Source: Zootoca vivipara | Taxonomy: Eukaryota | Direction: 5' to 3' | Assembly: GCF_963506605.1 (NCBI RefSeq) | Contig: NC_083288.1 | Span: 29,760,001 to 29,824,000, forward strand | DNA length: 64,000 nucleotides | Shown: positions 1 to 10,900 of the stretch, piece by piece | Numbering within the stretch: position 1 is the first letter of the stretch | How the letters are laid out: every line of letters starts with the position of its first letter | Made by a program: the position numbers and the translations under genes | The notes under the pieces: model-generated | Told to the model about the DNA's origin: nothing | What the model saw: the letters and a program-made list of their open reading frames with translations, nothing else | Databases searched by the model: none

Positions 1-485
1 TTGGGAGGGAATAGCGTTCACAGATGGCCTCCATGCCTTTTGACCAAATGTGGCTGCCAGTAAAGGCTAGAAAGGCTTGTTTGGCAAGAAGCGAGTTGGG
101 GGCTTCTGCAAGAGATTTATAATAAGTGATTATCCTGATGTGAGCTCTTCCCACAAAGTCTTTTAATTAAGGCAGATAAATATGTGTCCACTTGGATGAC
201 ATATGACTACCCCTCTGGAAATGATCTGAATTCTGCATATTGTAGGAAATAGAATTAATCAGTATAACAGCCAATATCTCATATTTGGTTCTTAAATTAA
301 AGTACTATTTACATTGCCAAAAGAAAGAATCCAATTATCAGTGCCTCTAAGGGCAGCTCACATGCTTTGATTTAAGTGGGACAATCATTTCAAGAGGGAA
401 AATGTAGGGATTTGATGACTACTTAGTTAGTCATCAGAAAGAAAGACATAAATGTCCAGTCATTCAAGGTAAAATGGTATTAATA

Positions 486-803
486 ACTTACTGTTTTCCT
501 GCATGCATTTCCCCCCCCTTCAAATTATGATGTGTCTTCCTCTCTGCTGTCTTTAGATGACGATCTAGCCATACGGGCACTGCTGAAATTTTATTTATGT
601 TCTCTCACCCCACTCCATTGCCTCCCACCCTTCATGGCAGTGAAAAGTCTGTTTTCATTGGCAGTACAATATTGCCACTATATTGTTAAGTTTGTTGTGT
701 TCCCTGGTACATGGTCCCAAGAGTTCAACACAACTGGGCAAAGAACTCCCCCAAGGAATATAGATTTTCTGCTATTTCTGAAAATATAATTAAAAGATAA
801 TGA
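486..803 (-). promoter_or_regulatory. Putative OR promoter plus 5' non-coding exon (copy 1)
   Basis: Minus-strand donor GTAAGT (acttac 486-491); O/E-like TCCCAAGAG 715-723 and TCCCCCAAGGAA 747-758; homeodomain cores TAATTA 787-792 and TAATGA 798-803. Confidence 0.45.
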
Positions 804-1245
804 ATGTCTTTGAAAGTTATAACTGGGGTTCTCTGAGCAATGAACAATTTAAATGATTTTAAATCACACAATCCAGTAACAGAATATTAAGTCCCTCTCT
901 GATTGTTTTTAAAATGATGAAGATTTAGCAGGTTTTAGTTTTTGAATTTGTGCTTTTAAATTAAGCATTGTCTGTTATTAAATGCTGCAACAGCAAACCA
1001 GGATACAGTTCTATACACATTTAGATTCCATTTGCACTATCCATTTAAAACAGTATCATACCAGTAAAAAAATCATCACACAGCTACAATTCCCAGATTT
1101 CCCTGGCAATAGGTATTGTTAACCCACTATCAGAGTTTAAATTCTGTGGAGGTAATAATGGTATCCTAATGACCCTTAGGACCCCTGACAAACTACAGCT
1201 CCCCAGATTCTTTGGGGGAGTCTATGACTGTTAAAAGTGATGTAA

Positions 1246-1594
1246 AGGTAAAGGGACCTCTGACTGTTAGGTCCAATCATGGACAACTTGGGGATTGCGG
1301 CTCTCATCTCGCTTTACTGGCCGAGGGAGCCGGCATACAGCTTCCAGGTCATGTGGCTAGCATGACTAAGCCGTTTCTGCTGAACCAGAGCAGCGCACAG
1401 AAATTCCATTTTCCTTCCTGCTGGAGAGGTACCTATTTGTCTACTTGCACTTTGAAGTGCTTTCGAACTGCTAGGTTGGCAGGAGCAGGGATCGAGCAAT
1501 GGGAGCTCTCCCTGTTGTGGGGATTCGAATTGCCGACCTTCTGATTGGCAAGCCCTAGGCTCAGTGGTTTAGAACACAGTGCCACCCGTGTCCC
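1246..1594 (-). mobile_element. Sauria SINE (tRNA-derived)
   Basis: Minus strand has a GGGAC..GGTGGC head with A/B boxes (GTTCGAATCC-like) and an (ACCTTT)n tail; TSD aaaagtg(a/g)t(g/a)taa at 1233-1245 and 1595-1607. Confidence 0.9.
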
Positions 1595-1850
1595 AAAAGT
1601 GGTATAATACTGCTTTAGTTGCATGCTGCTGATGGGGTCTTGCTTGGAGTAAGACCAATTGAGTTCAACAGGTCTTCTAAGTAGACAGAAAAAGTTTTTA
1701 ATGCTTTACATTTTCAAAGGCGTTATGATTCTGCAGTAGATTGATTTCATCCCATTTTCTCTCCAGACAGATGGATGCCAATAGCAGCAGCAACAAAAAC
1801 AGTGCAAAAAAGATGCACATTGAAATTGTATATGTTTTCTAAAGCGCATA

Positions 1851-3235
1851 TGGATATGAGTAGTAAGTATAGTCTCTTTCAAATGGATTTCAGTGTCTCC
1901 AAACATCTTCCAAATTTAGCAACTCAATTAATCGAAAGAAGGTTTTTGGCAGCTTTAACTGTTTTTTCCTTGCTGCTTTTTTACCAATTCCGGTGCAACT
2001 ACCCCGTTTTGATCTCCTAGTAGTATGATTTTTTTATCCGATTATGTCCCCCAAATTTTGTTCCAGACTTTGAAAAAAATTCACTTTTTAAAATATTGGG
2101 CGCATACATACCTATTACTATTATCTTTTCTCCATTTACGGTTATTTGAATAACTACAACACGACCTTGTGTATCTTTATATATTAATTTTGGTTTTTGC
2201 ATAGATTACTACTCCATTTTTTTGCCTGATGACACAAATTCACATCCTAGCCTTTTATTTGATATAATTCGATTATGTTGCTCAACAATATGTGTTTCCT
2301 GCAAACAGATTAGATCGAATTTCTGTTTTTAAAGAATATGTTCAACTTTGTTTCTTTTGCTTTTCTCATTCAGTCCATTAACGTTCCAAGTTATTGCCTT
2401 TCGATCCATTTAGAACTTTTATTTATTTACAAACTTTAATACAGTTTAATTCCCTCTATTGATTTTATATTTATTTGTTTATTTTAAATCCAAAAAAGGG
2501 CAGTAAGTGATTATATGCTGCCCTCTTTCAATTCGGCTTTTTCAGCTTTCAACTCTCTTCCTCCAGTTGTTGGGGTTCCTTCTCTTCTCCCCCCCTCTTC
2601 CCCTGTCAGACCTATAGAACCTAGATCCTCCTTAGACTTCCTCCAAAACTTCTCTATATCTTCCACTGTTTTGAACTTTCTTCTTTTCCCCTTTTTAAAA
2701 AAGGATATTCCTTTCGGAAATTCCCATCTGTGTCCAATAGATTTTTTTTGTAACGCTTCTACATATGGTTTAAATTTATCCCTCTTTTTCAATATCCTTG
2801 GTGCACCTTATGCATGATGATGTTTGACTCCTGAATTCTTAGCTTTTTCTTGCTGCTAGTTTGCAAAATTCTATCTCTCATTTCTATATTTCCAAAAGTG
2901 ACTAAGCAGTCACCAGGCTAATTATTTAATCTGGCAAAACTAGACTTGACCCTAAATACCCTTTCTATACTCTTTTTCATTTCCTCCTCTTCAATTCCCA
3001 ACCATTTAGCCAATTCTGTTGTAATTTTCTGGTCAACATGTTCTCCTGTTTCCTCTGGAATAGATCTAAATCTCAACATATTCTCCTTTCTATGCATTTC
3101 AATCATGGCAATTGTGTCCAGAACCGCCTCGTGGGTCTCTTTCATATCTGAAATTTCTTTCTTTAATTTTTCTATTTCTACCTTCTTCTCTCTATTCTCC
3201 TTCTGCATCCTTTTCCACCCCTCCTCCATATTTAC
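1851..3235 (-). mobile_element. Degenerate L1-clade LINE fragment (ORF1 C-terminal half plus ORF2 endonuclease N-terminus)
   Basis: ORF1-like coiled coil and RRM start (RKENMLRFRSIPE; HRWEFPKGISF); ORF2 from ATG 2409 reads MDRKAITWNVNGLN...DLICLQETH...IGMYAPN (APE endonuclease motifs); stops present. Confidence 0.85.
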
Positions 3236-3545
3236 CTAAAAACCTTAAAGTAGGAAACACTCATTTTTGCTTCTTTGGTTACCAGAAGTGCTCAGAGTTC
3301 TATGGAGGACTGACCTTCAAGGAAACAATTCTGAGCATGCTCATAATGCAGATGTGTGTTTCAGTTTTCTACGAGGCTACTAGGTCTACCCTGAGGCAGA
3401 CCTACTATTGCTTTACTATGAATGTATATATATTCCATGGCTGTAAGCTAATATTGATTGATTAGATTGCCCACACCTTCCCTAGGAAATAGAAGTATCA
3501 CAAGAAGTGCCCTTACATTTATTTAGAAAATGTATAATCCATTTG

Positions 3546-3597
3546 AGCATGCTCTGGTCCATGGGGTCACGAAGAGTCGGACAGGACTAAATGACTA

Positions 3598-3630
<33 letters not shown>
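3546..3630 (+). mobile_element. Extremely 5'-truncated BovB (RTE) 3' tip with (AGC)n tail
   Basis: gctctggtccatggggtcacgaagagtcggac matches the BovB end at 55345-55390; 12-bp TSD ataatccatttg at 3534-3545 and 3631-3642. Confidence 0.85.
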
Positions 3631-3633
<3 letters not shown>

Positions 3634-3816
3634 ATCCATTTGCTTAAAAAAGGCCATAACTAAAATGCCAAAACCATATAAAAACAAAGATGCATAAGAC
3701 CATTGTTGTTGCTTTTTTAGTATAATATCCACAAACTGATTTCTTTAAAAAGAAATTTTGTATTTGATACAGTGGTTTAGATAAACAAAGTGTCAATCTT
3801 TACTTTATCATTATCA

Positions 3817-3912
3817 TTTAAGCAGAAGTTGGATGGACATCTGTCATGAATGCATTGAAGGGGATTGGAATAGATAACCCTTAGGGTCCCTTCCAACTAT
3901 GTTTCTATGATT
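3817..3912 (+). mobile_element. Old CR1 3' end remnant
   Basis: tttaagcagaagttggat...gggtcccttccaac...ttctatgatt resembles the CR1 end at 41910-42036. Confidence 0.6.
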
Positions 3913-5664
3913 TACCTATCTGCACTGGCCAAGGGCAGGCTGTTGGGGTGTGGGGTGCATGTGTTGTGGAAGCTCAGGCAAGCAGTAAAGCTCACCACAA
4001 AAAAACAGCCATTTAGCAGAGTGGTCTTCACTAGGCAAACACCAACATGCACTACTATACATACACTATTTACAGATGCTACAAGTTGTCTTCTCTCTCT
4101 GAGCCCAGAGAGGGTTCTTTGTTTCAAAGTCTTTGCTGTGTTAAAGTCCACAGCCATGTCCTTAGTTCAGTTGCTCACAAAGTCCTGCAACTGATAAGAG
4201 TTCTGAAGTCTGGCAATTTTCCGACTTCATTGTGTCTGGACTTCAGTGTGGGGGAAACTGAAACTTCCTTTAAAATCTGTCTCAACCTTGCCAAAAGAGG
4301 TAGTACTTGAAAGGGATATCTCATGCCTATACATTTACCCCACACTTTTCTTATTCAGCAAGCTGCTGATCACCTTGTGGAATGTTTGCTCAAATCAGCA
4401 AATGTGATGGAGATGTGGGAGAGTGGTTCAGTTCTGGAAGGATTTGTTGAAATAAAATCAGTCCCTGGAAAAAACACCTCCAGACCTGTCCAGACCTGGC
4501 ACTGCTTCTTAACCTTTGACAGGAAATAACACTAGCTCAGAGACCCCTCAGAGGTTGTCTAGGAGCCAGGCTCATAATAACAATATACGAGAAAGGGGTT
4601 GCTTTTTAGATAAACTGGTGAAATAAATTAGGGCAAGTAGCACTTGAGGGGAAAAAGAGAGCAATAAAATAAAATTGGCACAAAGATTGAAGCATAATAA
4701 TTCAATTGCAACTGATTGGTATGGTTTTATTAAGTACATGGCTAAAAATTTAAACAGAGGACTTCCTTCACACTATTAAACCTTTTGGTTAGCATAATCT
4801 GTATATTGCCCTATGTGCAAATGTTTTCTGGAACGTATATTGTATTTGGATGTTATTTCTGATATCATCTTGATTAGGGTGGGATATTGTATGTTTGTGT
4901 GATGTTGTAATATGCTGTGAGGATTTAATTAAAAATTATTGTTTTAAAATGAGAGTGTTCTAAACCAGGTTACACGACCTAGCTGAGTAGGCTTAGGGTA
5001 CAGCCCCCCCCCCCCCCGGTCCTCCTTCTGCCATGCCCCCTGACTGCCCTCAATTTGGACTTACCTTTCAAACAGTTTTCTATGTCGGCTGCTAGGCCAT
5101 GAGACTGAGCGAAATAGGCTTAAAATACAGCGTAGCCCACTTCCCCCAGTCCTACCCCAAGCATGCCTGTGGAACAGCCCTTTTTTGAAATTTATGCCAC
5201 CCACAACTCAACCAGCTTCCACTGAGTTGTCTGAGCATTTCATACTGGTGTGTCTTCAACAGAGGTGGGGTCAGGAACTAAACGTTGAAAAACAGTTGAC
5301 CAAACCATAGATACACTAAATCCCAAGCTGCTTATTTCTGAAGATCTTGCTATAGAATTGCCCCTGTTAAGTTATTTTCTTACTTCCATATTTTATCTGT
5401 TTTCATGCACTTTGATGGACCTTCATGGGTGCTGAAAACATAATAAAAATGGATTTATTAAAAAACAAAAAGAAAAAATTAACCTCCACGTGACATTAGG
5501 GTGATCTGAGTATGAGTCTTGGGGAAGAACATGAGGTCCACCTTAGATTTAAAGTCTAAGTCTAAGAATAAGTATAGCTTATTCCCTTTCTCTATAAAAT
5601 AATATGACAAGTAAGTACAAACCAAACTATTGCTTAAAGAAAACAACAAAGAAAGCATTTTTTT

Positions 5665-6597
5665 ATTTTTATTTTTAAAATATATTTTATTAATTTTCCA
5701 ATTAAAACCAATTATATCACATTCATTATTTCAAATTATACACATATATATATCAATCAAACCGAATGTTATGCCAAATCATCTAAAGAATTTTTTATTT
5801 GGGTTCCCATGCTTCAAGAAATTGGGGATTCCTCGCAACCGTCCACTGCCGTCTTTTTTCTAAAGTTCAAATCGTCCTCCAAGTTCATAATAATCCAGAT
5901 CTTCCCCTTACAGTCACATAGATGTTTTCCACTTTCAACCGATTGTTTCCTAGCTGCTGAGATAAATATCAAACAAGGTTTCACAAATGTTCTTTCTCCT
6001 GTGTGGGTTAATCAGTCCAGCCTCCCCATAAATCTTCTTAGTCTGGAGCTCCCTGTTGCGTCGAAGCAGCGTCATCTTAAAAAGCTCAAATCACTTTCGT
6101 TTTCTCTCATAGCCATGAAGATTAACGATCTTTATGAAATTTACAGCCTTTCCAGGCAGAAGACCCAAACATCAAACCATAAACTCTTGGTAAATTAATG
6201 GATCTCCTTGCCCTATAGCTGAACTTAGCTTCAGGTCGCTGCTCCAATTCAAAGTGCGTCACAGCTCATAAATCCTCCGAACGCGTCCAGGGCTCCTTCC
6301 GTCCGACTAGGGGGGGGCTTTTCTCATCGGCAACTCCACATCTTTAAAAAATATGCTCAGTAACAACAGTTTATAAAGTTCAACTCACACAGTCTTTTGC
6401 TTCTCTTTCACTCCAAACAAGCCAGGACATCGCGTCTGGGAAGGTACGAAGTCACTCATATGAATAAAAAAAAAAAAAACTCAATTCCCTTATCGCTCCG
6501 TCCCCATCAATCCTTCTTCCAGATGATATACAGCCTTTAACTCCTCTCCCTCAGCAGCATAGATTTCTCAGCAGTAAACAGCGCTTCTTCCCCTCCT
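5665..6597 (-). mobile_element. L1-mobilised poly(A) retroelement inserted just downstream of the OR stop codon
   Basis: 17-bp TSD aaagaaagcattttttt at 5648-5664 and 6598-6614; AATAAA plus A-rich tail on the minus strand; TTTT/AA target; absent at the paralogous sites 15600, 25605 and 30093. Confidence 0.85.
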
Positions 6598-6620
6598 AAA
6601 GAAAGCATTTTTTTAAAAGA

Positions 6621-7538
6621 TTACCTCAGACCTAAAAGTTTTGCCAGGGCAACCTTGAGGTCCTTATTTCTGATGCTGTAAATTAATGGATTCAGCATGG
6701 GAGGAACCATGGAATATATTATAGTAAACACCAAATCCAGTTGTGGGGCAGTCTTAGAGGTGGGCCTGAGGTAAGCAAAGCAAACTGTAAGTAAAAATGT
6801 GGAGAAGACAATGAGGTGGGGTAGACAAGTTGAGAAGGCCTTCCTTCTTCCCTGGGCTGAAGGGATTTTCAGAACAGCACTGAAGATGTGTACATAAGTA
6901 ACAATGATGAAAATGAAACAGCCAACCCCAATTGTAAAACTAAACATAAGAATTCCAATTTCAATTAGGTACAAGTCAGAACACGCAAGCTTAAGTAACT
7001 GTGGGATTTCACAGAAGAACTGACTGACAACATTGGAGCAGAAGGGTATTGAAAAAGTGCCGCTAGTGTTTAAAACTGCATGCAGAAGGCCACCAACCCA
7101 CACACCAGCAACCATTTGGGTGCAAGCTCTCCTGTTCATTACCATTTCATATTGCAGGGGATCACAAATGGCAATGTACCGATCGTATGCCATGACTGTA
7201 AGGAGGAAAACATCGCATCCAACAAAGAAGAGAAACGAAAGGACTTGAACAACACATCCATAATATGAAATGTGCCTTGTGTTCATGAGGGAATTGACCA
7301 TGGATTTGGGAATAATGACTGAAACAGAGCCAAGGTCCTGCATTGCCAAATTCACCAGAAAGAAGTACATTGGGGTGTGCAGGTGGTGGTCAAAAGCTAC
7401 TGCCAAGATTATGAGAAGATTCCCTGTCACAGTTGCCAAGAACATTCCAAGGAAGAGAAAGAAGTGTAGAATCTGCAGTTCCCGAACTTCTGAGAATTCG
7501 AAGAGAAGAAACTCAGACACTGATGTTTGATTATCCAT
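6621..7538 (-). CDS. Olfactory receptor, class II, OR14-like (305 aa)
   Basis: Intronless 7TM ORF: NQT glycosylation site, LHTPMYFFL, MAYDRYIAIC.PL.Y, FFCE, KAFSTCLPHL, PMLNPLIYSIRN. Confidence 0.97.
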   Translation of the reverse strand: MDNQTSVSEFLLFEFSEVRELQILHFFLFLGMFLATVTGNLLIILAVAFDHHLHTPMYFFLVNLAMQDLGSVSVIIPKSMVNSLMNTRHISYYGCVVQVLSFLFFVGCDVFLLTVMAYDRYIAICDPLQYEMVMNRRACTQMVAGVWVGGLLHAVLNTSGTFSIPFCSNVVSQFFCEIPQLLKLACSDLYLIEIGILMFSFTIGVGCFIFIIVTYVHIFSAVLKIPSAQGRRKAFSTCLPHLIVFSTFLLTVCFAYLRPTSKTAPQLDLVFTIIYSMVPPMLNPLIYSIRNKDLKVALAKLLGLR

Positions 7539-7540
7539 TT

Positions 7541-7590
7541 TTACTTAATGATAAGTAGCATGGCAACCCTGGAAGAAAACAACAACTGTA
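7541..7590 (-). promoter_or_regulatory. Splice acceptor plus short uORF upstream of the OR ATG
   Basis: gttgttgttttcttccAG (AG at 7569-7570) followed by gccATG CTA CTT ATC ATT AAG TAA (7561-7541). Confidence 0.65.
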
Positions 7591-7671
7591 TTTAATTCAG
7601 TCTGAAATGGTATAATGAATAATATCAAATCCTCTATGAAGAAACAATTAGAATCCATCACACTAAATTTA

Positions 7672-8069
7672 CCATAGAGGATCTTTGCAGAAGCTAACGA
7701 AAAGCTTGGCCTGTTGCTCAACATCCAAAAAAACCCAAATTGCTGCACCAACAAGCACAAAACAACCCCTCTGCAACGCCACAAATCCAACTCAATGGTG
7801 TAACGCTGGAAAGGGTCAATCACTTCTCCTACCTGGGCAGTTATCTTTCCATAAGGATCGACATTGGTGCTAAAATACAGCATCGCCTGAGCTCAGTGAA
7901 TGCAGCTTTCTCCTGATTGAAGTGCATGTTTACAAAGCTATTGTACTACTATCCTTACTGTATGCTTGTGAAAGATGGAACACTTGTTTTTTAAAACTAA
8001 AAAAAAGGAACACTTATAAACGCCATCTCCAACTCCTTGAAAGATTCCATCAACGGTGTCTCTGAAAAT
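7672..8069 (+). mobile_element. RTE-clade LINE RT fragment (degenerate)
   Basis: Broken frames read IFAEANEKLGLLLNIQK, LERVNHFSYLGSYLS, IQHRLSS.NAAF, LERFHQRCL; replaces most of the intron block seen in the paralogs. Confidence 0.75.
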
Positions 8070-9302
8070 TTAGTGTAGCTTCCCAACATGCACTGTAGCA
8101 CTATGGTTCAGTAGAATGTTCGTTTCATTTGGGCTGTTTAGGAGAGAGTCCCTCAGTTGGTCACAAAGGTTCGGGATAACATTAAAAAACACACACACAT
8201 GTAGTTCTCCTTAAGTTTGGATTGTAGTCACCAACAGTTATAGTAAAGTCTTTTAATTAATGCAGATTAATGTGTTTCCACTTGGATGACATATGACTAC
8301 CCCTCTGGAAATGATCTGAATACTGCATGTTGTAGGAAATAGAATCAATCAGTGTAAGAGCCAATATCTCATATTTGGTTCTTAGATTAAAGTACTATTT
8401 ACATTGCCAAAAGAAAGTATCAAATCATCAGTGCCTCTAAGAGTAGCTCACATGCTTTGATTTACGGGGGGACAATCATTTCAAGAAGAAAAATGTTGAT
8501 GACTAGTTAGTTAGTTAGTTAGCTAAAGAAAGACATAAAGGTCCAGTCATTCAAGGTAAAATGCTATTAATAACTTACTATTTTTCTTCCTTCCATTTTT
8601 CTCTCTCCAAATGATTAAGTGTCTTCCTCTCTGTTGTCTTTAGATGACCATCTATCCGTTTGGGCAGAGCTGAAATTTTATGTATGTTCTCTCACCCCGC
8701 TCCATTGCCTCCCACCCTTCAAGGCAGTGAAAAGTCTGTTTTCATTGGCAGTACAATATTGCCACTATCTTATTAGGTTTGTTGTGCTCACTGGCACATG
8801 CTCTCAAGAGTTCAACACTACTGGGCAAAGAACTCCCCCAAGAAAAATAGATTTTCGGCTATTTCTGAAAATATAATTAAAAGATAATGAATGTCTTTGA
8901 AAGTACATTTATTTATCAATTACATTTACATTTATTATACACCCATAAGTTATAACTGGGGTTCTCTGAGCAATGAACAATTTAAATGATTTAAAATCAC
9001 ACAATCCAGTAACGGAATATTAAGTCCCTCTCTGATAGTTTTTAAACTATGAAGATTTAGCAGGTTTTAGTTTTTGAATTTCTTCTTTTATATTAAGCAT
9101 TGCATGTTATTAATTGCTGCAACAGCAAACCAGGATACAGCTCTATACACATTTGGGCCCCATTTGCACTATCCATTTAAAACAGTATCATACCACTAAA
9201 CAATAATCACACAGCTACAATTCCCAGATTTCCCTGTGAAGAGGTATTGTTAAACCACTATCAGAGTTTAAATTCTGTGGAGGTAATAGTGGTATCCTAA
9301 TG

Positions 9303-9778
9303 CAGCGTTTCTCAACCGCTGTTCCGCGGCACGTTAGTGAGCCGCGAGACACTGGCTGGTGTGCCGCGACGTGCGGCGACGAGAAGGGCGATTTGCATTG
9401 TCACGTGCCTGGCGGCCGCCAATAAACTACACTGACCCGCCGGAATGGAAGCCGGCCGGGTCACGATGCGGGGCGAGCGCAGCTCTCAACAGCCACCACC
9501 ACGGGAGGGTGGTTTTAGACAAACTTAAAGAAGCTGGCTGGATGAGCTCAACCTGAAACTTGCTGAGCAAAGGATTGTGCTGGCAGAGAAATCAGTGGCT
9601 TGTGAAGCCTTATTACAGGAGATTGCAACCAACACAGCAATTGGCAAGTGTTTCTTACAGTCATAATTATATAGTCAATATAGGGCGGCACAGAGTTAAA
9701 TTTTTTAATGGTGGTGTCCCTCGTGATTTTTTTCATGGAACAAGTGTGCCTTGGCCCAAAAAAGGTTGAGAAACACTG
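9303..9778. mobile_element. hAT (Charlie-like) MITE
   Basis: TIRs cagcgtttctcaacc / ggttgagaaacactg; 8-bp TSD tcctaatg at 9295-9302 and 9779-9786; absent in other block A copies. Confidence 0.92.
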
Positions 9779-9860
9779 TCCTAATGACCCTTAGGACCCC
9801 TGACAAACTACACCTCCCCAGAATATTTTTGGGAATCTATGACTATTAAAAGTGGTATAA

Positions 9861-10205
9861 ATGTAAAGAGACCTCTGATTGTTAGGTCCAGTCGTGGACA
9901 ACTCGGGGGTTGTGACCATAATCTCGCTTTACTGGCCGAGGGAGCCGGCGTACAGCTTCCGGATCATGTGGCTAGCATGACTAAGCCACTTCTGGTGAAC
10001 CAGAGCAACACAGAGAAATGTCATTTTCCTTCCTGCCGGAGAGGTACCTATTTATCTACTTGCACTTTGAAGTGCTTTCAAACTGCTAGGTTGGCAGGAG
10101 CAGGGATCGGGCAATGGGAGCTCTCCCTGTCACGGGGATTTGAACCGCCTTCTGATTGGCAAGCCCTAGGCTCAGTGGTTTAGACCACAGTGCCCCCTGT
10201 GTCCC
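9861..10205 (-). mobile_element. Sauria SINE (duplicated with the unit)
   Basis: Same site and TSD aaaagtggtataa as 1246-1594. Confidence 0.9.
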
Positions 10206-10900
10206 AAAAGTGGTATAATACTGCTTTAATTGCATGGTGGAAATCAGGTATTCTAAGTAGACAGAAAAAGTTTTTTATGCTTTAAATTTTCAAAGGCGTT
10301 ATGATTCTGCAGTTGTTTGATTTTATCCCATTTTCTCTCCAGATAGATGAATGCCAATAGCAGCAGCAGCAACAAAAGTGCAAAAAAACACGCACATTGA
10401 AATTGTATATATTTTCTAAAGTGCACTATTCAAATAGACATTTTATATGCAATTTCCTGAAATGATGTATTTTGTTCTCATTTATATGTCTGTATATGCA
10501 ATTTACACCAAATAATAATTAAAAACCTTTCTTAATTCTGTTGAACAAGGCCTGATTTGGGCTGTCTTTGGCCCATAAATTTTCTTTAGACTTGGGAACC
10601 ACATTTTCTAGTCTTAAGATTTGTGGGCTAACTGAATATGCCTACTAAGACACGTCCGAAATAAAAGGTGGGAACTTGATAATTTTTTCTTCTATTATGT
10701 CCTTTAAGAAAAATAGGGAGAATTGATGACAGTGATTAACTGCCAAGCCCATAAGTGTGCAGACATTTCCAGACTGATCTTGATGAACTTTCATCCACTC
10801 CAGCCTTGGTTGCCAACAAAAGGCAGCCATCAAAAGAGTGAAGACTTTGTGAGTTGGGGAAGGTTGGGGTGGGGCTGTGGCACCTCCTTCAGCTGTGTTT

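Larger units (their letters stand above)
157..1850 (-). repeat. Tandem-unit block A copy 1 (putative OR intron/5' non-coding exon/promoter block; its OR would lie left of the window)
   Basis: Near-identical to 8246-10900, 17610-19790, 26040-27490 (partial) and 32405-33500; each of the other copies lies upstream of a minus-strand OR. Confidence 0.85.
8246..10900 (-). repeat. Block A copy 2 (upstream of OR 6621-7538)
   Basis: High identity to the other block A copies; donor acttac at 8573-8578. Confidence 0.85.

Noticed and set aside
532-789. Recurrent 85-aa + strand ORF (SSSLLSLDD...) also at 8619, 17935 and 32806
   Set aside because: GTG start in most copies, about 15 of 85 residues differ between copies 1 and 2 with radical changes, no recognisable domain; recurrence is explained by duplication of block A
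1212-1544. Repeated ~110-aa ORFs containing TARLAGAG
   Set aside because: Antisense readings of Sauria SINEs
1500-1594. tRNA gene
   Set aside because: tRNA-derived SINE head with A/B boxes, not a full cloverleaf
7033-7530. Short ORFs overlapping OR genes on the opposite strand
   Set aside because: Antisense shadows of the OR codons
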